A DNA stretch of 64,000 bases from assembly GCA_965224025.1 (NCBI GenBank), contig OZ245033.1:960001-1024000 (forward strand), read 5' to 3'. Positions 55,575 through 64,000 of this stretch are shown piece after piece. Both the position numbers and the translations under genes were made by a program. Source of the stretch: Candidatus Multivorans sp. GTDB taxonomy: Bacteria; Acidobacteriota; Thermoanaerobaculia; Multivoradales; Multivoraceae. Positions within the stretch are counted from its first letter, which is position 1. The number at the start of each line of letters is the position of its first letter. The notes under the pieces are model-generated. The model searched no databases. It saw only the letters and a list, made by a program, of their open reading frames with translations, and had not been told where the DNA came from.

Positions 55575-58500
55575 TCAGACGGGATCGTCTTCCAGCCCCG
55601 GTCCCTGCAGCAACTCGATCAACTCTTCCCGCGAGAAGATCTTGTTCAGACGCGGATCGTCCTCCTGCACCACGCTCTCCATCAGCCGGCGCTTGCGGTC
55701 GATGATCGCCGCGATCCGTTCTTCCAGGGTCTCCTCGGTGAGCAGCTTGAACACATGTACGACCCGCTTCTGGCCGATGCGGTAGAGGCGGTCGGTCGCC
55801 TGATCCTCCCGGGCGGCGTTCCACCAGCGGTCGTAGTGGATCACGACCGAACCGCCAACCAGGTCGATCCCCGTGCCCCCGGCCTTCAGGCTGCCCAGAA
55901 ACACCCGGCACTCCTCGTCGTTGTTGAACCGGTCGACGACCTTGCCGCGTTCGCGGGTCGAACCCGTCAGGGTGACGCAGTCGATGCCGAGCTTCGTCAG
56001 ATGGCGCTCCAGGATCGCGATCATGCCCAGGTACTGGGTGAAGACGACGACCTTCTGGCCGCTGTCGAAGCTCTCCTCCAAGAGCTCCTTGCAGAGGTCC
56101 CACTTCCCCGACTCGTAGTTCTCGTAGCGATCCAGATCGCCGACCGCCAAGGCGGGATGATCGCAGATCTGCTTCAGCATGTTCAGCAGGGCGAAAATGT
56201 GGATGTAGGGCAACGAGCTCCGTTCGCTCCGCAGCGTCTTCATCAGCGCCGCGCCCTTGGTCTCGATCGTCTGCCGGTACATGCCGAACTGCTCCTCGCT
56301 CAGGCGGCAGGTGCGGACATCCTCGATCTTCTCCGGCAGTTCGTCCAGAACCGCGGTCTTGACCCGGCGCAGGACGAAGGGCGCGGTCAGACGCCGCAGG
56401 TTGACCGCGTACCACGAATCGGCATCGAGTTCGTTCGGCCCCATGAAGTCGACGTAGCTGTCGTCACCGCCCAGATAGCCGGGCAGCACGAGATCGAAGA
56501 GTCCCTTCAGTTCGGTCAGCGCGTTCTCGATCGGCGTACCGGTCAGCCCGAGCTTCATGCGCGCCTGAAGCGCCACCGCGGCCCGGTAGCCCTGCGTGCT
56601 GCGGTTCTTGATCTGCTGGACCTCATCGAACACGATCAGACCCCACAGTCGCTCGCCGAAGCGCTCGACGTCGTTGCGCATCACGCCGTACGAGGTGAGC
56701 ACCACATCGCCCTGGGCCAGCGATTCCTCCAGATTGCGGTGAGGTCCGTGGTAGTAGACCGGCCGCAGTGTCGGAGCGTACTCGCGCAGCTTGTTCCGCC
56801 AGTGGCTGATCACGGTGCGCGGGCAGACGACCAGAATCGGCAGGTCCACAGCCAACTGTTCGCGCAGAATGACCATCAGGGCCATCGCCTGGTGGGTCTT
56901 CCCCAACCCCATGTCGTCGCACAGCAAGCCGGCCAGACCGTTCTCGTACAGAAACTTGAGCCACTCGACGCCCAGCTTCTGGTAGGGCCGAAGGATGCTC
57001 CGCAACCCTTCCGGCTCGACCAGCGGATCGGCCGGCTTCAAAGCCAGAAAGCGGCGCAGGAAATCGGTCCGGCTGCCTTCGCCCTCGACCCGGATCGGCG
57101 CCGCGCTCGAGGCCTGAAGCCGCAGCAACTCAGCCGACGAGAGGCGCACGCTCCCCGCGCCGCCATTGCCGGCGCCGCCGTTGCCCGCAACGCTGGACCG
57201 GCCGGCACTCACTCGACGACCGGGCAGCGAGCCCAGACTACGCAGAGCCGGTGCGTTCAGGTCGATCCAGCCGGAAGCGGTCTCGAGATACGGCTGGCCC
57301 GCCCGTTTCGCTTCGAGCAGTTCGTCCAGCCCCACGTTGCCGCTGCCGAAGCCGTAACGGATCGAAAGCAGGTCGTCTCCTTCGTCCTCGCCCTCGGGAG
57401 CAATCTCGATGTAGTCGAACTCGGTCAGAATGCCGAGGCTGGCCAGAGGATTCTCGGCCAGGGTCGGCGCCGGTTCCAGGACCGGCGGCCTGGAGCGAAA
57501 CGTGTCGATGGCAGCCGCCTCGAGATCAAGACACCTGGGTTCCCGCCAGCGCCCCTCACTTCGTTCCGACCGCCGCACGAGAATCCCCAGCTCCTCGAGG
57601 AACACGAGACCGCCGTACCGGAAGCGCTCACGCTCGGGTTCGTCGAGTAGCTCCTCGCCCTCCGCGGCGAGGCTCAGGGCGCCAAGCTTCCACTTCTCTT
57701 CGATCTTCGTGTCCGGCCCAACGTAGAAGAGGTCGGCAGCCGGAAGCGGCGCAACCGAGTCCTGCCCCGTCTCCGCCAGCAGCGCGAGCGCATAGGCAAC
57801 CCGCCTTCTCGGCACCGCGATCTGAAAGCAAACCGACGCATCGGAATCGGCCCGAACCTTCAGAAACAGGCTACCGCTACGGAGGTCGACCGCGGGCTCG
57901 AGCCGCATCCGCGCCTTCACAAGCTCCGCCATGCCAGGCGCGCCACCGGGGATATCGCCATACTCTCGTAGCGCGTGGTAGGCGACGCGGCACCAGACAC
58001 TCCGTTCGAAGAACTGCCGGTTCGTCTGCATTCCGGCCTTGTTCAGGTGCTGTTCCTCGGGCGTACGCATGAAGGTCGAGAGACGATCGAGGAGACCTGA
58101 ACGATCGGCCACCGAGGCGCCGGACGAGAGCTTCCCGATCCGCTCGAGGAAGCGGACAACCGGGGGAGACTGCTCCAGGTAGCGGAGAACCTCTACTTCA
58201 CCCGGCGCAAACAGACGGATCGGCCCGCCCGGCCGCTCCTGCAGAACACGGCAATCCGAAACGGAAGGAAGGTTGTCGGCGAAGAGTGTCTGGGCGAGCC
58301 GGAACCAGCCGCTGCGTGTGAACAGGTCGACCCAACTGCCGCCGAGGGCGCGGTGGAACTCCCGGATCTGGCCTTCGAGCTGCTTCAGATGGCGGCAGCC
58401 GCTCCGCCGCCCCGCCGAACAACTGCAGAACGTGAGTGGCCGCTTCGACCCCGCCACGTTGGCGAGATGCACCGCCGAACCCGGCTCCGGATCGTGCGGA

Positions 58501-58640
58501 TCCGGCAGCAGTCCGATGCCGGTGCGGTGGAATTCGAGGCGGGGGAACAGCTTCACGACACAGTCGCCAGTTGGCTTCGGGGCAAGGCGCGAACGCACGC
58601 GGAAACGGGGCTGGAGCTTTCCCCAAGGGGCCCGATCCAC
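55575..58640 (-). CDS. SNF2/SWI2 helicase with N-terminal SWIM-like Zn finger
   Basis: CSC...CRH; LCDDMGLGKT, FDEVQQIKN, LTGTPIEN, SLKAGGTGIDL and WWNAAREDQATDRLYRIGQ. True start may be ~58560. Confidence 0.9.
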   Translation of the reverse strand: MDRAPWGKLQPRFRVRSRLAPKPTGDCVVKLFPRLEFHRTGIGLLPDPHDPEPGSAVHLANVAGSKRPLTFCSCSAGRRSGCRHLKQLEGQIREFHRALGGSWVDLFTRSGWFRLAQTLFADNLPSVSDCRVLQERPGGPIRLFAPGEVEVLRYLEQSPPVVRFLERIGKLSSGASVADRSGLLDRLSTFMRTPEEQHLNKAGMQTNRQFFERSVWCRVAYHALREYGDIPGGAPGMAELVKARMRLEPAVDLRSGSLFLKVRADSDASVCFQIAVPRRRVAYALALLAETGQDSVAPLPAADLFYVGPDTKIEEKWKLGALSLAAEGEELLDEPERERFRYGGLVFLEELGILVRRSERSEGRWREPRCLDLEAAAIDTFRSRPPVLEPAPTLAENPLASLGILTEFDYIEIAPEGEDEGDDLLSIRYGFGSGNVGLDELLEAKRAGQPYLETASGWIDLNAPALRSLGSLPGRRVSAGRSSVAGNGGAGNGGAGSVRLSSAELLRLQASSAAPIRVEGEGSRTDFLRRFLALKPADPLVEPEGLRSILRPYQKLGVEWLKFLYENGLAGLLCDDMGLGKTHQAMALMVILREQLAVDLPILVVCPRTVISHWRNKLREYAPTLRPVYYHGPHRNLEESLAQGDVVLTSYGVMRNDVERFGERLWGLIVFDEVQQIKNRSTQGYRAAVALQARMKLGLTGTPIENALTELKGLFDLVLPGYLGGDDSYVDFMGPNELDADSWYAVNLRRLTAPFVLRRVKTAVLDELPEKIEDVRTCRLSEEQFGMYRQTIETKGAALMKTLRSERSSLPYIHIFALLNMLKQICDHPALAVGDLDRYENYESGKWDLCKELLEESFDSGQKVVVFTQYLGMIAILERHLTKLGIDCVTLTGSTRERGKVVDRFNNDEECRVFLGSLKAGGTGIDLVGGSVVIHYDRWWNAAREDQATDRLYRIGQKRVVHVFKLLTEETLEERIAAIIDRKRRLMESVVQEDDPRLNKIFSREELIELLQGPGLEDDPV

Positions 58641-58772
58641 TACGCCGAGCGCGTAAACGTTCGATTCTATCGCCGATTCGGTGGCCTGTGGGGCTCTTTC
58701 TCGCCAAGAAAGGACGGATAGCCTGTTCCGCCCGAACCGCGGACATGAGCGGGCAGATCGGCAGGCTGCTCC

Positions 58773-59680
58773 TCACTCCGGACTCTCGGCGCTGAACTCG
58801 GTGAACTTGAATTCGCCCTTCGATCCCCACCTCTCCCAGATCGGTATGCCGTCCAGGGCGGTGATCTTCCAGGTGTCCCCGTACTTCCTCAGGTAGAAGA
58901 GGCGTTCCATGATGGCCTGCCTGGCGGGTCGAAAGTCGATGAAGACGCCCCGAACGATCGCCACCTCACCGGCCCACTCGGCGTACATCGACTTCGTATC
59001 GGTCGGCGACCGGCCAGGAAGCAAGCTCCCGGTACTCGGATGGATCGGCCGGGATCACCTTGATGTCGCCATTGTCCGTCAGAACAAGAAGGCGATCGCC
59101 CATCACGACGAAGGACGCGTACCGTGCCGCCTGGGGCGGGCCCTGCCAGCACTGCTCTCCTGTCCGGATCTCAACGCAACGAGCGTCCCGAGGCTCTTGT
59201 TGGAACGAAAGTAGACCTAGTCGTCGACGAGCACCGCCGAGTCCATGTAGAGCTCGTGCCGCTTCGACGCCCAGACATTGCTCACCTGCCAAGGCTGATC
59301 AGTCGACCCGCCCCGGGGTTCAACCTCGAGCAGCGTGTTCCCCCAGTGATAGCCGCCGATCGGGATCCGCTCCTCGTAGAGCCCGGGGGTCGTGATGTTC
59401 ATCTCCATGAACGTGCGCATCTCCTTCGACCACAGGAGCTTGCCGTCACTGGCGCGGACGCCGACCGCGTTCTTCTGGGTCAGCGTCACGATCTGCCGGA
59501 CGCCACCGATCGTGAACGCCATCGGCGAGGCGTAGCTCGGCGGGAACTCCCCGGTCCGCCACACTTCTTCACCCGTGTACCGGTTGTAGGCGACCAACGC
59601 CCCAACGACGGACCGAGAAACAGGAGCACGCAGACCGTCGCTTGAACTGCCCCGAGAGTACAGGCACGGATCTGCGTCAC
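58773..59680 (-). pseudogene. Mosaic remnant: PQQ-like beta-propeller fragments fused to an NTF2-like fragment
   Basis: GEEVWR..SYASPM..GVRQIV..DGKLLW (59217-59597), LLVLTDNGDIKVI, and GEVAIVRG..LRKYGDTWKI in broken frames. Confidence 0.5.
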
Positions 59681-59813
59681 GGACTGAGGGTCTCAGCCCC
59701 GCGGCTCAAACAGCTCAAACCACTCGACGATCCGCCCGTCTTCGACGGAGGGCACGGCGATCCAGGGGATCCCGCGATCCGGCTTTCCGACTGTGGTGCA
59801 TTCCGGCATCACG

Positions 59814-62591
59814 TCAGAAGTCCAAGGTCAGGCGCAGCGTCAGCCGCCGCGGCAGCAGGAAGTTCAGAGGTACGAGATTGCCGCTCCGATAAGCACCAAC
59901 CTGCCACTGGTCCCAGCCATCGTCGTTGAGTACGTTCTGGACCTGCAGGTCGACGCCCAACGCGCGGCCGTTCCCGAACGCGAACGAGCGTCCGAGACCG
60001 AGGTCCAGAAACGTATTGCCGGGCAGCCGGACGCCGTCTTGGTGCGGATGCAAAGCGATCTCGGTCAGTCCCTGGTTCAACCGCACGCGCGTATGGACCG
60101 TATACGGCCGGCCGTCCTGAACCCTGAGCACTCCGACCGCCCTCAAATCCCAGGGCATGTCGACATGCCCCTGGGCCAGGAACATCAGTTTCCGGTCCGC
60201 CTGGTAGAGGCCGTCCCCGTTCAGATGATGATTCGGGTCGGTGCCCTCCTGGTTGGCGAAGAAGGGCTGACCCTGGATCTGGTTCAGAGGACGGGTGTTT
60301 CGTCCCGTTCACTTCGAGTAGCCGAGAGAACTGTTCAGTCCCCAACGGCCGACTTGGCGTTTTCGGAGGGTCAGGAAGAACCCCTCGTAGTCCTGGTAGT
60401 ACCTCGCATCGGGCGGCGCGTTCGCTCCCGGGCCCGGGCTGTTGCCCTTGCGCCGCGTAGGCTCCTCAACAATGCTGAAGAGCGTCATCGTCTCGCCCGT
60501 TTCCGGGTTGACGAAGGGCACCTCTTCATACACGCCGTCATCGAGGATGTGCCAACCAATGAAGTTCGCACCTTCCTTGATCACCAGCTCCGCACCGATC
60601 GTGAGGGAGTCGCTGAGCTGCCGCTCGTAGCCCACGGCGAACTGGTCGAACTCGGGAGGCTTCATGTTCGGGTCAGGCGTGTCGAGGTGCTCGTCGGTGA
60701 CCGTTCGGAAGTAGGTGAAGGGACCGTAGCGATTGGCGCTGAAGCCGAATCTGGCGACCGGGCGGTCGGGATGCGGCCCGTTCCACATCGCCGTGTTGTT
60801 GTTCTCGAAGTACTTGCCGTACGACACCCGCAGCACGCCCTGTTTGGAGCCCTCTCCGACCTGGTAGGCCAGACCGATACGCGGAGAGATGGTCTCCCAG
60901 TCGACGACGTCCCTGTAGGCGGGATGTACGTTCCCGGTCTTGACGCCCTGGTTCTCGCCACCGAAGTGCTGCAGGAGCTCAGGAAAGGCAGGAATATCGC
61001 CGTTGTCCTGGTCGAGGCGGACGCCAAGGTTCAGAGTCAGCCTGTCTCCCACACTCCACGAATCGTCTGCAAAGACCCCGAGCGCCGTGCTGTCGCTGCC
61101 GTAGTAGTGCGGTCGGCGAGCGTAGATGTAGTAGTTCGACCCGAACTTGTAGTAGTACTTGCCGCTGGCGCCGGGATAGATCGCGGCGGTCTGGATGAAC
61201 GCGTCGGTGAACTGGACGCCGAACTTGAACTCGTGGCTGCCGCCGAGGTCGTCCGCGAAGTGCGTCAACTTCGCGCTCGCCCTGGTCATTTCCGGCGGGT
61301 AGTCGTACGGATATTTCACCCCGCCGACCGTGGTCGGCACCGGCGCCGTGTAGTCGATGACGGGCGCGGCGATGCTTCCGGTCACCGAGGCGACGCGGTC
61401 GTAGTTCTCAAACGCGCCGACGCTGACCTCGAAGAAGGTCCTGTCCGTGACCACGGACTGCCAGCCGAGCTTCCATCCCGGCTTGATTCCGAACTCGTGC
61501 GATGTCGCGTCCTCGTCCGTGAAGGGATCCGCGGTCTGCCGCCAGTCGTAGTCCTCGTACTGGCCGCTGAGCGTCAGCGTATTCGACTCAGTGAGCGACC
61601 AGTCGAGCTTGAGGTTGTAGCGCTCCCACTTGTCCGGCCGGATCAAGTCGCGTACCTGACCGGGCTCCCCCAACGCGTCCTCCTTGTACTCCAGCGACAC
61701 GTAGTACCACAGCTTGTCCCGCTGGAAGGGGCCGCCGAGCGCCAGGGTGTAGTTCTGGAACCTGTCTCGGTAGAAGCCGGTCTCCTCACCACCTAGCCCC
61801 GCCGCCTTCGGACCCTCGGCGGTCGTGCCCGCGTACTGACCGAAGTAGTTCAGGCGACCGTTCAGGTCGTTGGTCCCGGACTTCGTGACCACATTGACGG
61901 CCGCGCCCGACATGCCTCCGTACTCGGCCGGGGCGCCCACTCCCAGCACCTGAATCTCGGCGATCGTGTCGGGGTTGATCCACCACCACACATTGCTGTT
62001 CTCATGGAGAGAGGCATTGAGACCGTCGACGTTCCAGGAGTTCGCGGCCATGCCGCCGCCGTAGGCCGAGTAGCGGTACTCCGCGTAGGTTTGGTCGCGG
62101 CCCATGTTGCTCATGCCCTTGGCGAATCCCGCGTAGTCCTGGAAGTTGCGGTTCGTGGGCAGGGGGTCGATGAACTCCTCCGGCAGGTTCATACTGATGA
62201 CGTTGCTCGTCACGTCGACGATCGGCCTCTCCGAGGTCACCGTGATCGTGTCCTCGGCCGCCACCAGGTGGAGCACCAGATTCACCGTACTGGTCGCCGA
62301 AATCGAGATGCGCACGTCCTCGACCGTTTCGTCAGTGAACCCTTCGAGCGTCCCCGTTACGGTGACCGTGCCTGGCGGCAACGCCGTCACCAGGTACTCC
62401 CCGGTGGCCCCGGTCGTCGTCGCGCGCTCACCACGCACGATGTCCCCTGTCACCTCCACCAGGACTCCCGGAAGCGGGTCGCCATTCGTGTCGCGCACCT
62501 CTCCGCGCACCGTTCCGACGTTCTGCGCCAGGACCGCCGTCGCCGCCAGCAACAGTAAAGAGAGTGTGACCAGAAATCGAACCCTAGACAT
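59814..62591 (-). pseudogene. TonB-dependent receptor (Oar-like, carboxypeptidase-regulatory N-domain) with in-frame TGA at 60309-60311
   Basis: Signal peptide, GEVRDTNGDPLPGV, NVVTKSGTN and LTLNLGVRLD. The frame continues past the TGA to the C-terminal PRRLTLRLTLDF (terminal Phe). Confidence 0.8.
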
Positions 62592-62790
62592 ACCGACTCT
62601 CCAATCCGGACGTTAAGTCCTTTCTTTTCTGTACGTTATGAAGTACCACCGACTCCTCAGACTCACTACGAATGCTGACTGTTGATTATGTCGCCCAAAG
62701 AACATACACTCTAACCACGCTATAGACAATGAAATGGGACTTTGTTTTTCCTTAACTTTTCTTTGTGCCCAAGAAGAGGGGATTCCCAGA
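62592..62790. promoter_or_regulatory. AT-rich divergent promoter region
   Basis: Marked AT enrichment between divergent TBDR and aminotransferase genes; individual promoter boxes not assigned. Confidence 0.5.
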
Positions 62791-64000
62791 ATGAGCGAAG
62801 CCGACGGATCCAGGACAAGCAATCGCCGCGACTGCATCAAGACCATGGCGGCCATCGGCGGGGCCGCGGCTCTGGCGAGCTGCACACCAGGCACGGAAGG
62901 TGCGCCGGAAGCATCTGACGATCGGACACCGGCTGACATGGAAGCGCGACACTTCCCGGAGGGCTATCCGCCCTACCCGTCGGCGGAGGCCGCGGAGACC
63001 GCCTTCGCGGAGCACGTGTCCCCGGGGAACGTGGGGGTCATGAGAGCGTTCGGCACGGAACTCCACTTCGGCCAGCGCGAGGGCGCCCGCGTCCAGGACG
63101 CCTTCACCGGGAAGTGGTACTGGGATTGTCACCGCAACGGCACGCTCTACAACCTCGGCCACCGCAACCCGGACATCATCGCGGCGGTCAAGGAAGCGCT
63201 GCACCAGCTCGAGATCGGGAACCTGCTGCTGGTCTCCGGCTACAAGGCCAAGGCGGCCGAGAAGCTGATCGCCAGCACTGATGGAGCGCTCACCGGGGTC
63301 ACCTACACGGCCAGCGGCGCCGAGTCCACCGAGGTCGCTATCCGCGCGACTCGAGGCATGACCCGGCGTACGAAGCTCGTTTCGATCGAGGCTTCCTACC
63401 ATGGCCACACCTGCTTCGCGATGGCCGCCGGCGACAGCGCCGACAACCACGAGCGCTATCTGCTCGACTTCGACGATTTCGTCTTCGTGCCCTACAACGA
63501 TGTCGACGCCATGGCAGCGGCAGTCGATGACGCGACCGCGGCAGTGCTGATCGAGTCCTCACCGGCGCAGGCGGGTTTCCCGGTGCCCGACCCCGGCTAC
63601 TTCCGGGCCGTCATGGACATCTGCCGGAAGCACGGCGCGAAGCTGATTGTCGACGAGGTGCAAACGGGGCTCGGCGCGACCGGGAAGTTCTGGTTCTGGC
63701 AACACCACGGCATCGTCCCGGACATCATGACGACGGCAAAGGGTCTCGGCGGCGGCATCCTCGCCAACGCGGCCGTACTGCTCGCCCCCGAGGTCAAGGA
63801 GTGGTTCTTCGACACCGCGATACCCCATTCCACGACCTTCGGCGGCAACGAACTGGGCTGCGTGGCGACCGCCAAGGTCTGCGATCTGACGATGGCGCCC
63901 GGCTTCCCGGAGCACGTGAACGCGCTGGCGGAGCAGTTCGCCGAGGGACTGCGCGGCGGTCCCTACAAGGTGAACCAGCACGGACTCTGCATGGGCATCC
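62791..64000 (+). CDS. Class III PLP aminotransferase with Tat/lipoprotein signal (runs off the window)
   Basis: Manual translation: MSEADGSRTSNRRDCIKTMAAIGGAAALASC...NLGHRNP...SGAESTE...YHGHT...IVDEVQTGLGATGK...DIMTTAKGLGGG. Confidence 0.88.
   Translation, partial: MSEADGSRTSNRRDCIKTMAAIGGAAALASCTPGTEGAPEASDDRTPADMEARHFPEGYPPYPSAEAAETAFAEHVSPGNVGVMRAFGTELHFGQREGARVQDAFTGKWYWDCHRNGTLYNLGHRNPDIIAAVKEALHQLEIGNLLLVSGYKAKAAEKLIASTDGALTGVTYTASGAESTEVAIRATRGMTRRTKLVSIEASYHGHTCFAMAAGDSADNHERYLLDFDDFVFVPYNDVDAMAAAVDDATAAVLIESSPAQAGFPVPDPGYFRAVMDICRKHGAKLIVDEVQTGLGATGKFWFWQHHGIVPDIMTTAKGLGGGILANAAVLLAPEVKEWFFDTAIPHSTTFGGNELGCVATAKVCDLTMAPGFPEHVNALAEQFAEGLRGGPYKVNQHGLCMGI

Overview
GC-rich bacterial DNA. 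The gene repertoire (ASPIC/UnbV-TPR proteins, an Oar-like TonB-dependent receptor, a reprolysin-cadherin-FN3-Calx-beta surface protein, many TA modules) resembles Acidobacteriota, possibly a host-associated or sponge-symbiont-type genome; this is inference only. About 1-24.8 kb is a decaying defence/mobile island: DUF2442, DISARM drmD, a frameshifted drmMI-like methyltransferase, an IS3 inside a nuclease-fold gene, an intact SIR2-P-loop NTPase-helical-repeat protein, a DUF4338-ISAs1 element, several gene remnants, and an IS1182 whose left inverted repeat is split by an IS110 element. About 24.8-39.5 kb holds a TPR protein, a stand-alone dnaE2, two vapBC-type TA pairs, a small R-M-like pair and a large CRTAC1/ASPIC-thioredoxin-TPR gene with an in-frame TGA. 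About 39.5-64 kb is mostly housekeeping: FdhF/YdeP, fdhD, GDH, Ca/Na antiporter, gcvP, M12 adhesin-protease, cimA, SNF2, TBDR and a class III aminotransferase. The two strongest observations: (1) the IS110 upstream non-coding region contains exact copies of its target (CTAGGAG, the IS1182 end plus its TSD) and its donor end (ATGCAAG), suggesting a bridge RNA programmed against another IS; (2) a likely ~1424-aa selenoprotein, with UGA followed 11 nt later by an fdhF-like SECIS hairpin. No rRNA, tRNA or CRISPR array was recognised.
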